A DNA stretch of 53,920 nt, counting the filler, from Sphacelaria rigidula (Eukaryota), in assembly GCA_964200075.2 (NCBI GenBank). It is 4 parts of 4 records of this genome, joined end to end, with 100 filler letters (N's around TTAATTAATTAA, not from the genome) between each part and the next. Parts side by side here need not be neighbours in the genome. Positions count along the whole stretch, not along the records: positions 1 to 13,407 come from CAXNAA020002900.1; positions 13,508 to 26,913 come from CAXNAA020002901.1; 2 more parts are not named here. One strand, given 5' to 3'. Under the pieces are notes generated by a model that saw nothing but the letters and a program-made list of their open reading frames with translations, was not told where the DNA came from and did not search any database. This document shows positions 12,021 through 23,000 of this stretch, piece by piece. The position numbers and the translations under genes are program-made. The stretch's first letter is position 1. Each line of letters opens with the position of its first letter.

Positions 12021-13407
12021 GCACAGTTTCAACAAATTAGCTCACTGTCTTCACTAGTTCCGGTGTGGATGTTATGGGCTCGAGTTCCAACACTAGAAGG
12101 GCTTTTCCCGGTTTCCGTCTTCCAAGAACGTTCAAAAACGACTTGGCCAATACATTTATATATATACATACATACATACATACATATACATCTCACTGGA
12201 AACCCGGCGGGTTGCGAATGTGCTGATCTTAGGGTTGATGAAAAGAATGTAAGGGCGATACTGCGGTAGGAAAAGGTTGATTGCTTGAGACTATGAAGTC
12301 ATCCGGACGAACGAGGAACAAGTTGAGAGTACAACAAAGAGGAGCAAGGTGCATGTACTGCGGCGTACCCTTCCATTGCTATATGCTGAGTCGAGTGCAG
12401 CAGCTTGAGGTTACCTTGTTGTAGAATGCAGGATAATCCAGCTGGGCGAGGTCCTCCAGCAAGTTCTTGATTTTGACCACAATAAGGGCTTTTTCCTCGA
12501 TCAAATACATTTCTCTAGTATTCTTTGTTCTTAACCTAGCTGTAAATACTGCACCAACTTGCATTTTTTGTTGCTATTTTCCCTCGGATGGTCTCCTTTC
12601 ACTTCAACTTCTTCAAAAGTAGAGCAGGTCACAAGAGTTTTGGAATATGAATAATCGAAAAGTTGAGCATAACTATGCTTGTTAGAGAGATGAACAGATA
12701 AATGTGGCTGTAATTTTGCATCTTTAATGTTTTTCGCTCGCTTTTCTCCTTTTGTTATTAATTTCCTCCCCTACTTTACGTTTCATATCCAGAATAATGA
12801 CATGGCTTGGTTCGAGTGCGTCTTTTGTAGGCTATGTTTTCGTATACACACGTCTCATCGTAGTCCTGCCTATCCGTTTTTTCAAACGTTGTCCCCGCAA
12901 GATGAGTGCGCACAATAAGATATTAGAATGTCGTCCCAGGTAGGAAAGTGAGCAATCGCCGCAGACAATGGCTAGAATATAATTCTGAAGTAACGAACGG
13001 CATATTTTACGTGGTTACGGGGGGAGTTCAGCTTTTCCTTAGCGGCGAAACACCAGAGAAACGGTATCAACACCCGACGTGCTAGGTAGCACCTCTCCCG
13101 CAATCGAGTTATCCTACGAGAGGGCGGTGGGTATTTGATTACACGAAAAAAAAGGCTCAAAAGTGTATCAGACGACCTGCCACACTCGCGGTGCGCTTGT
13201 ATTTGGTTCAAAACGGTGTCAATCGGTATGAATGAGCGTGATATATCAAGAACAAGCTCGTTCGAGCAACCGTTGCTCCTTCCAACGACGATTTGACTTG
13301 GAATTTCGTGCAAGAAATGGCCCAGAATACCACCCCCCCCCCCCCCCCCCCCCCCCCCCAACGACAACAACAAACAAAAAAACACCCAACCCCTCAATAT
13401 CCTCTCC

Positions 13408-13507
13408 NNNNNNNNNNNNNNNNNNNNNNNNNNNNNNNNNNNNNNNNNNNNTTAATTAATTAANNNNNNNNNNNNNNNNNNNNNNNNNNNNNNNNNNNNN
13501 NNNNNNN
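13408..13507. other. Artificial contig linker N44-TTAATTAATTAA-N44
   Basis: Exactly 100 nt. The central palindrome encodes stops in all six frames. Confidence 0.98.
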
Positions 13508-13562
13508 GGGATTGTTCTCCAACGACGCTACGGCGAAAGATAAGCCATTCGAACATGGTACA

Positions 13563-14800
13563 CTACGCAAGGTGAGTGGGAAAGCAGACACGGATGCGGC
13601 ACCCCAAGCCTTCTACATCCCAAGCGGTTTCCGTGTTGCGTAGAACGGCTTTGTCGAGATCGCCTTGGTCATGTCGTTGGAGGCACCCGGATCCTCGGCG
13701 AGCGGTCGGCACCTCGGTGTAGTAATCATCACCCAAGTGAATCTTAAGGGGGCTCGGGTCATCGAGGAAATGGAGAAAGTAGGAGTTGTCAGAAGCAGGA
13801 TCGACCAAATACATCTTAACCAACCACCACAGTGAATCCAAAGCCTTGTACCAAAAATACGCCCCCTCCGGGAAACGTTGTCCGTGAAAAGACTGCATGT
13901 ATTGGGAACGCAAGAGAAGGCTATTTCCTGTTACGACAAATCGCGCCGAGTGCTCTCGTGCCAGTTCCCGAGCGGCAGCTTCCTTGCGCATCGATCTATA
14001 CCTCTTATTCAAGGAGCGGTGTTGGACGGCATCTCCTATACCCAGTACAGCTATATTTCCCGACGAAAGTGACGTAAGTCAACCTCACGCTCCCGTGTAA
14101 CACGCATGATACCGTTCCAATGGGTCTGATACATAACCGCCATTTTACCTCCTCGACCTCGGACTAATTGATGGCCCAAGATGCGACCTACCACCACTCG
14201 CTTAAGAGGGCCGTTGGGATCTTCAACCGTCATGTGATACGGGGGGGCTTTGGCCGCATAGTTGGTCAACATGTACTGACGGAGACCCATTGACAATTGT
14301 TTGGGCATGTCGGACGCATCATGCGGGGGCAGACACGGTTTACACCTTAGCATCGGTACCCGTGTTTTGGCTTCGATGCCAGATTCATCCGTGGGAAAAT
14401 ACAAATACAAATTTTTCTCGCCTGCCGGACATGTGTCGTGTGCGGCATCGCAGGGCCTAACCGCCGAGGTTTTCCAGGGGCCAGTCCAATTCAAGGATAG
14501 TTTTGACTTCAGCACCTCATCCAACGACGACCTATTGGAGCTGACCCTCTGAGTTACGGTCTTCACATCGTTGTGCATCCATGCCCGTTGATCTACCTTC
14601 CACACCGGACGCTTGTTGACCGCATCATCCAACACAATGTTTGCCCTGGCTACTTTCGCTGCGTTGATTAGGTTCTGCTCGCGTACCACGTCATACGCTA
14701 GACGAAGACGATAACTAACAGAAACATGGTACTCCGCGGTACCCCAATCCAAACCTTGATGGTCCCCGTAATGCCTTGGCGGGTCCCTTAAAACCGAATC
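13563..14800 (-). mobile_element. Decayed Ty3/gypsy LTR-retrotransposon pol 3' region (integrase C-terminus, chromo-like domain and C-terminal extension)
   Basis: LKSKLSLNWTGPWK (GPY/F-type integrase C-terminal motif), then VGRILGHQLVRGRGGKMAVMYQTHWNG..TREREVDL (chromo-like), then after a stop/frameshift at ~14050 an extension YRSMRKEAAAREL...YFWYKALDSLWWLVK...FLDDP. Confidence 0.8.
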
Positions 14801-15753
14801 ACGTGAAATCCCACTGCGAGTGTCGCGCTTCCTTTTGATGCTTGTTCGACCGTGGGTACGACAGTCCCAGTTGCCTACGGGATAGCCTGTTTTATGTGTG
14901 TTTCCAGAGTGGTTGATTGTGAGATCGTCCGGGTCACGCGCTGATCTTGACGGCAGACAGTAGCTTTTTTGTGCTTTATCTTGGCGGGTTGATAGTACGA
15001 CCATCCGGATCACGCGCTAATACTGCACGTCATAGGTGTCAGGCCAGGCACCTCCCACGTTGCTTCGTGTTTTTCTGCTCTCTTTGTTGGTACCAGAGAC
15101 TGGATGATAACGCAACCGCGCGGGTCATGCGCTGAGACTGAAGTCTGTTGTTTGCCAGGCTAGGCTACTCTCCATTGCTTTTTGTTTTGTTTTGTCTTAC
15201 CTCTTTTTTGTGCTGTGGGGATTGTGGCGAAACGTGAGTCTTCGAAGCTCTTTGAGCTTCTGCATACTCACGCTTCAGAGCGAGCTATTGTCATGATATT
15301 TGAAGGGACTGGCCTCGGGGTCAGTAACCTCTCGGGCACACATGTCTCGGAGTAAAGCAACGTTTGGATTTGAATCTTTAATTGAGCCGTTGAGGGACGA
15401 CAGCTTGTTGAAAGATCCAATTCGATGTTCCGACTTGTTGACAGCGGTCGATACGAGATACAAGTTGCATGGTTGAATTGTCTTCTCGGCTAAGCATTGA
15501 ATGCTCATGTGCACAACAGATATAGTATTGCTGGAATGTTCCGTACATTGAGGATTTTCCTGCCGTCGGTTTTTCGATTCTTGTATCATGACTGGGCATG
15601 GATATGACTCTGGGTGTAAGGCAGTTTGCATCGGTGCGTCGAGCCCCTCCCAGAGCACTCTCGTCGGCTACCTGGACATGCTCAGCGTTGGCCTGCCGTT
15701 GCTCTGGGATTCAAGTGGGTCTTGCTGGTACGCGATAGTTGTGGGGACTTTTA

Positions 15754-16197
15754 GCTTTGTGACGATTTACAGCCAACCGATTAGACTACCGTACAGTCAG
15801 CACTGACTGTACGGTAGTATAATCGGTTGCCTATAAATCGTCACAAAAGTTAGTCGTGGGGGTTCGATCCCCGTCACTTTCACCCCGAGGAGGGCGACTC
15901 CCCTTGCTAGCGCTGTTCAACTGTTCGCGCTCACGGTATCGGTCTAACGTTGCCACACGTATCCATTTGGAGTTACTCGTCTCCCCCACTCGTTCCAAGA
16001 GTGTGTGCACTGGGGTCCCTAGCAGTCAACTTGGGGATTGGACTCTCACCCATCATCACCCTCTTTCTTTTTACCGGAATAGGGTTTTCCTCTTTTCCTT
16101 CAAAGAAAGTGCGTCCGACGGGAAACGAACCAGTGCCTAACTTTTGTGACGATTTATAGGCAACCGAATTCTAATCGGTTGCCTATAAATCGTCACA
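15754..16197. mobile_element. Non-autonomous TIR element bounded by two hairpins built from one motif (tgtgacgatttataggcaaccga)
   Basis: The motif occurs four times in alternating orientation (~15758, ~15823, ~16145, ~16175). The inner pair tcggttgcctataaatcgtcacaaaagttag / ctaacttttgtgacgatttataggcaaccga is a perfect 31-bp inverted repeat. Confidence 0.75.
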
Positions 16198-16912
16198 GCT
16201 TCTAGTAGTAGCTGTATAATACAGGTGGGTATCTGATTTCTATGAACATCCGGATTTGAGCTGCTTACTGTGGTTCGGATTTGGGCTGACTGTTGACCAA
16301 CAGCTGTGCCTGCAACCGATGCACATACGTTTCGAGCCTCTGTTCGTGACAACATACAGGAAAAGGTGTAGTGTGGCTGCCTTCTCGGGGGCGACTAGGC
16401 CTAATTACATAAAAAACAGCATATGAATAACATATGTCGCTCATATTGAGATATTCCATTCAAGCTATGGATTGTTGCTGAATTCCTCGTGTATCGGAAA
16501 ATATGTCCTCATCTATTTGGCGCGAAGTTATAGCTCCTCCTTTTGTAGAGTTTATGCCGTTTGTGACGCAGAAAGTGACGATTGATTTACGTAAGATGAT
16601 TCAACACAATATACTCTATTGAGAGACTCATCCCATGGGGCGTGAAGCCCGATTTTGGACGCATGTTGTGATGGTTGGCACCATGTCAAAATGCTGCCAA
16701 TTGCACAGAGATGCTGCCAATTGCAAAGAGCCAAAGTGTTCCAGCAGCAGCCTCGGTTGCAGTTCACGCGATGCGCGTACGGTATATTCAGCTAAGTCGT
16801 TGAGCCCCTAACATTGTTGATATGGATGCAAAGAAAGGTACATAGGATTATAAGGTCAGACGCGTACCTGAATGTCCTGAACATGTATATACGCATACAT
16901 TATGCTCAGCGA

Positions 16913-17828
16913 TAGGGATGTGCTCCGCTCCGTCCACTCCTGATATCCACTCCGTTTGACTCAAATCCCAATCCGCTCCATGTGAAAACAAATCCGCTGA
17001 TTTTTATTTTTTTGTTTTTCTTGGTGTTTAGGACATTGCGATAGATGATGCTCTGGCCATGAACGAGAACCCGCTCAAGTGGTGGGCACTGAATGCGCAC
17101 AAGTACCTACTCATTGCACATGTCCCTCGGAACGCCCTGTATTTCCCGGCATTGTCAGGTCCCTCAGAGCGAGTGTTCTCGCAGAGTGAGCTCATTATGA
17201 CGCAACGAAGAAAGAGACTCAAGCCGGAATGGCTTGAGACGCCGATGTTTCTGAAGGGTTCTTGGAGGTGGCCGAGAACTTTACTCGATCAGCACTAAAC
17301 TGAAAAAGCTCCGACAGAGTCGTTGTCACCGGTAGATGGTCGTGAGATCCTAAATTATTGTGTCCTCGCGGGACGAGATGGAGCAGCCGATGCGACTGGT
17401 CATGAAGCACATCACACGCGTGCTGTGGCTTTAGTGGCCTTGCGAAAGTTAAAAGTTGGATGTCGTGGTCGGGCTTGGTTTTCCGGTTCGCCATGGAAAA
17501 AGCGTTCATTCTTGCATATCGCTGACACAATGCGTGGATAACGACGACAAGCTGTTTCATTCCTGCATTTGATTTGTGCATCTGATTCGTGATACGCGAT
17601 TCAAGGCTCCACTACCCATTTCAGACATGCGCAACATGCATGTGGGGAAAGTTGACGAGTACCCATCGTTCGTTTCTCTCGAAATCCGTCCGCAAATTGG
17701 ATATTCGGATATTCAGGTATTCGGATATCCGGATATTCGGCACTTTTTTTCCGCGGGTCCATCCGGATAAGGCGGCCGGAAATCCGAAATCCGCTCCGTT
17801 TGAAAAATTCAAACAGAGTACATCTCCA
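16913..17828 (+). mobile_element. hAT-family DNA transposon deletion derivative retaining the transposase C-terminal dimerisation domain
   Basis: ORF 17059-17298 ENPLKWWALNAHKY...ALSGPSERVFS...RRKRLKPEWLETPMFLK is a hAT dimerisation motif. Termini are tagggatgtgc ... gtacatctcca. The 8-bp flanks ctcagcga / gtcagcga match at 7 of 8 positions (TSD). Subterminal tccgctccgt and ggatattc repeats are present. Confidence 0.88.
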
Positions 17829-18250
17829 GTCAGCGAGGCATTTCGGCTGCTCTCATCACCATCGCCGCTCGGGAACATTCGCTGGAGAGAACTAGCTACA
17901 TACAGGGGGCTTGGCTCACCGCTACAGGCAGGAGTCGCATCGTGGAACGCTCACACGGGTAGCCACTGGGGTGCCTACAACCTCAAATTTGGACGTTACA
18001 GACGTTGCACAAGGTCTGTAACGTCCAAATTTGAGGTTGCAGACACCCCAGTGGCCACCCGTGCGAAGAGTAGAGATGCCATTGGTGGGCGCTGGAATTT
18101 TGACATGACATTTTTATTATCAACCCGCGCAACCCTAATAGTAGTTTTGATTGATTGATTGATTGTCGCACTTTAACTGATCCCCCAGGGGTCCAGCCGT
18201 GGTGTCATGATAGACGTACCCATGAAAAACGAAACTGAAACACGCTCTGA

Positions 18251-18727
18251 GGCCGCTTCTTATAGACCGAAAAAAAATCTCTCCGAGAACTGCTCTTTTG
18301 AACCTTTCATCACGGATTATTAGCGGAGTAGGGGCCTTGGCGGATTTGGCTTCCTCGGAAAAATTTGCTATATTTTTCACGAGGATTGCAGCGCGCTTGT
18401 CCGATCTTTCGTACTCCCAGTTTATTCTTGGCCGGATTCTGGATATTTTCAGACACCCTAAAAAACTTTGAGTTGTCGCGGACAAGTACGTGTTTTTCCC
18501 GACAACTGGACGATTTTCGCGGCGACTGAAAAATCCATAATCCGGCCAAGAGCAAAACTGGGAGTACGAAAGATCGGACTAGCGCGCTGGAATCCTCGTG
18601 AAAAATATAGCAAATCTTTCCGAGGAGCCCAAATCCGCCAAGGCCCGTATTCCGCCATTAATCCGGGATGAAAGCTTCAAAAGGGCAGTTCTTAGAGAGA
18701 TTTTTTTTCAGTCTTCAAGAAGCGGCC
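18251..18727. mobile_element. Foldback MITE (PIF/Harbinger-Tourist-like termini) with ~200-bp TIRs and 3-bp TSD TGA, nested in repeat family B
   Basis: tga|ggccgcttct...agaagcggcc|tga. The arms mirror each other over ~200 bp. The host repeat is uninterrupted at the same site in the copy at ~10130. Confidence 0.88.
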
Positions 18728-19102
18728 TGAAGAGAACAAGGGACATAGGAAAAAAAAGTCGAACAGAACGACATGGCAGACTAAGTCGTACCAAAACAAA
18801 ACAGAAATAATAGAAAAAGGCAACACAAGCAAAGCACAGAAAGAAATGGCCGACCTGAAACAAAAAAAGAAGGAAAAGAAGAGGAAAGTAGTGCAGAGGG
18901 AGAAAAACAACAGGAAGTTAGAGCGAGTTGAAGTTCCAGCAAAAACAACAGGAAACATGCTTTAACTTCCTGAAAAATAGACACAGACGACGACAGCGCC
19001 CCAACACATACGGACACTCGTGTCAACGACATCCTGGTACAGTTTTGGCCAGAAATACCTCAAATTAGGCTTTGCGTCGCACTTGCCGCGTGACACGGCT
19101 GC

Positions 19103-19180
19103 GCCCGTTTAATTCAAGTGATAGAGGAGACTCCAATTATGAAGGTCATGAGTTCGAATCCCAACAAATTCTCTTTTTTG
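19103..19180 (+). mobile_element. Degenerate tRNA-derived SINE head or tRNA pseudogene
   Basis: A-box-like tttaattcaagtgataga, B-box gagttcgaatccc and a following T-run; no complete cloverleaf. Confidence 0.45.
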
Positions 19181-19908
19181 TTCGTCCGTGGTTAAGGTCA
19201 TATATTATGCCGTACATTTTCTTCCTTTCTTGATTCAGCGGCGGTGCCGTGGTGCCAGGTTGGTCTGCACTTCACAGCGATATGCTCAAGTTGCGCTGAT
19301 TTGGAAAACTTGAGAAGTTGTGGTGTGGAAAACGAATGCGGGATTTCCTGCTGGCCCAGTTCGTACTCGTTGCAGAAAAATATTGTTGGGAACAACTCGC
19401 GAAAACGCCAAAATGTTATCCAGGATCCCACCATATGCACGTATACAGTAGATCAAACGTGTGAAAAGCTGGACCGCGACAAGTCGGCTTTTGAAATGAC
19501 GATACGACGACGGCTAGATTCGCTGCGGATTAGTCATTGTGTGGCAATCAACCGATCATGCATGCACCAATGCTCACTCACTCCAGACGGGATTTGAAAC
19601 CACAGTCAGTGTTCAATCTTGGTAAGTCCATAGATCCGGAGCATCCTTGTGCACTCTTGCGGTAATAAATCAGAGGCAAAGCGAACGCAACCAGAGGTCA
19701 ATGTTCTCACCCGCTCTGCTGCATAAGCGTAAGCCACGAGCCACGTCATTCGACAACGCCTGGCGAAACAAATCGATACAACGACGAAAGCTACAGTACA
19801 ACGACTGACAACACAACGATGGGCATAATTAACCCGCCACAACGACAAAAATTGGATCAAACCAGAGAACGAACAACGACCCCTCGCCCCGCCCCTCAGA
19901 AAAAGACA

Positions 19909-20025
19909 TCAGTCCTCTGCAAGGCATCGCTTGATGCGCGTGATGAGGTCGGCCTTTTTCCCCCAATTGGAGAGGCCACGGCTCTTCAGATACTCCTTGA
20001 GAAGGGACACCGGGAAACGCTCCAC
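19909..20025 (-). CDS. XRCC6: Ku70 terminal exon (SAP domain, TGA stop)
   Basis: Acceptor aaacag|; VERFPVSLLKEYLKSRGLSNWGKKADLITRI fits the SAP consensus. Confidence 0.92.
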   Translation of the reverse strand: MERFPVSLLKEYLKSRGLSNWGKKADLITRIKRCLAED

Positions 20026-23000
20026 CTGTTTCGCGTATCGGAAGCACACAAAAACGCAAGAAGGGCAGACAAGGGTACAGAAGCCGGTGACTACGTAACC
20101 ACGAGAGTACAGGAGAAATAGTCGACGCAACGATGGCCGGTGTAGCGCTTACTTACTCTGCATCTAATGTTATCAATAATGCAGCGAGTACTCGCAGATC
20201 GAACTGTCACGCCGACAAAAAATCTGATGGACATGAATTGAACGCGTGTTACCTCTTGGCAATATTTCCACTGGACTGCTATCCAACAATGTAATTGCTG
20301 GCGATGTCACGACGGATTTTTGCCGCCGAACCGTATGCATATACACAGTATGAAATAGAGTTCAGGCGTCAGCATCCCTGTGGGAAGCGGGGTGGGGGGT
20401 ACTCATGATCTTGCACACCTTAGTCATATGGCCATTGACCTCCCATTCCTACAAGCTGGGACGGAGCACGCCGGGTTCTCTTTGCCGGATCAGGCTCGCA
20501 ATCAATCACTAAGCGCTGTGCTATATTAGGCGAGTCGCATCCTGCTAGGGTTATTGGACCTGAAGCATACTGATTATCTTGCATATGGATGACAAAACTA
20601 CAATGAGTCGCTTCATTTTCTGGTATCGCAACTTCCAGAGACAGCCATGGCTTATACACCGCCTTATGAGTGTCTCACCCAGGGGCGGGACGTAACTCAG
20701 GGTACTCCAACACATGTGCGCGTAATTTTTGTGTTCCCTTAGATAGATCGATGGTCGAACATCAAATGCTCACTATCCCCGTGGGACACAGCAGCGGTCG
20801 CAAGATAGACGTACCCAAGGTGAACAAAACGGACACGATTGCTACAAAGAGAGTGGAAACGATAACAAAAAAGGGGGATAAACTGAGAAGCCATTACCAG
20901 AACCAAAAACAATACAGGAAAGGAACGGAGAAGAACGAGAAAGAATAGAATCAAAACAAACAACAAATAAACCTTGAAATGGACGGCCCCCTTCAGCATG
21001 GTTTCAGGTGAAGACGTAACGTGCGCAAAAGGCACGTGCATCCATGCACCAAACTAAACTAGAGTAAAGGGTCGTGGGCTGTTACGACACAACCTCTAGG
21101 AAACATAAGACGTACTGTTTTCCCCGTTCTACTTTCCCCTGCACTGACAGATTTGACTTCGAAGCGAACGAAAACCCGACCAGACTGCGTTCGACAACGC
21201 CCACCCCTGCCTGCAATTTTTCCCAGTAATCCGCGATCTTCACGGTGAATGATGGGGTTCGGGTACAGCAGAGCGAGCTGTCTGTGTGGTAAGATGCGAT
21301 GTGTGCAAAGAAGACGCGGCAGAAGTAAGTAACTGCTGTGATAGTCGTTCGTCAGTGGTGTGCGCTGGAATATGGCACAATGCACTGTCAATGCCGTTCA
21401 CATCTTCCATTGGATAAAAGGATACAGGAAATTGCGAACTATACAGTACGCCGCATCTCTTCGATGCTGCAGCGATAATTTACAGATAATCCCCCTCGAA
21501 GATTGCGGCGGCTGATGAAGTACCCTACAGTACAGTACGATGCAGCTACGCACGTCGTGACTATTTGCACTTCGACAACTCGATTTGAAAACACTCAAGA
21601 ATAGGGAGTAGTGGTGCGTTGGAAACCAAAGCGCATGGCAGATTGATTTTGACGTTGTCGGGTTTTGTGTGGGTCTCATGTGCGGAGTTTTGAACTTTGA
21701 CGCGGTGTATCGACCGCAGTAGTACCGACTTCTGCACAACGGCGGCAACATTGCGAAATGGGCCGAAACGGCGAAAGACCGCATCCGCGCCTATCGATAG
21801 GATGCGGTAGTTCTGCGAGATGTTGTCTGCGCATGACACTAAACACGCGCGTGAATCCACGTTCCAAAAAGTCCGTGTGATAGTATATATTCCCCATGTT
21901 AGCTTGTATTCAACGCCGCCCGGTCTGAGACATTGACTTAATAAGGTATGGGGGGACACTATTGAACACATACAAGTGACACAGCTGGACTCGTACTCTA
22001 GGGTCGATGTGTGTAAAAATAAGAACCAAACATGGGCGCCAACGCAACGAAAATTGTTAGAAACATATAAACATGGCAAAAGCACACCCATCAGCCCGAC
22101 GTATCCCGGAGTAGCTCACGGGGATGGTGGCCACAACACACGATATCACTGCACGAACATCCACCGAAAAGTAGGGCATATGACTAGGGTATTGATAATG
22201 CCACTCATGTACAGCGAAAAATACGCACTTCTCCTTTTAGAACGGCGTCCTTCCAGTCTATCTTGCTCGCGTTGTCTGCCATTTTGGCCTTTTTCGCTGC
22301 TCCGCCACCTCCCTGGACAAAATAACGAACGAACAGTACAAAAACAGACAGGGCAAACAAGCGACGCACACACAAGTTTAAGAGGGCTATACGGATCACA
22401 CGGCACAACGCGCCAAAAGAAGAAGCCATATATACATACAGTATCACAGAATGGGACTGAAAGCAGGGTAAGTCCCTACGCTGCAACTGCATCCATGAGC
22501 AGAAGTAAATTCCATAGGTATATAGGCTGGTTCACGCTCCACCCAATATTTTGTCACCAGCAAATGCCTACCCAATAGTGGCATACATGGTACAGTATCA
22601 TATTGACCGCAATGAGCAACAAAAGAGGGCAACATACAGGTAGTCAGCTTTTTCTTTACGGCCATAGTCGTGGCGTTAACGGCGAAAAGGTACATCGACG
22701 CCTGCCAAATTGTTCTGAAATTGAAAATATGAATTCCTAACTCCATTTCTACCAAATCTTCATATGCTTCCGATCTTAGTAACCGCCAACAGCTCGGGGA
22801 TCTAACGCAAAGAAAACAGTGTCAAAGAACTTTACGGTGGGATCGAGTTATACCCGAAACCGTGGTATTTCGCTGACGTGGGGTTTTGGCATCGTCGTAT
22901 TTCCACTCATATTAGGCACCCGATACCCAGAAAGCCTCCTAACAGTTTTCCTTACATATGTCGTTGAAAAGCTCCGGCAGCCCTCAAACTCGGCAGTTCG

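Noticed and set aside
13333..13407. Poly-C run and poly-Pro/poly-Gly ORFs at the contig end
   Set aside because: A homopolymer followed by C/A-rich noise right at a contig end is most likely a low-quality read or assembly artefact
13452..13463. TTAATTAATTAA palindrome as a biological site (e.g. piggyBac target or regulatory motif)
   Set aside because: It is centred in N-runs and repeated identically three times, so it is a synthetic six-frame stop spacer
21976..22578. 200-aa plus-strand ORF
   Set aside because: It is antisense to a Ku70 exon and intron and has no recognisable motifs
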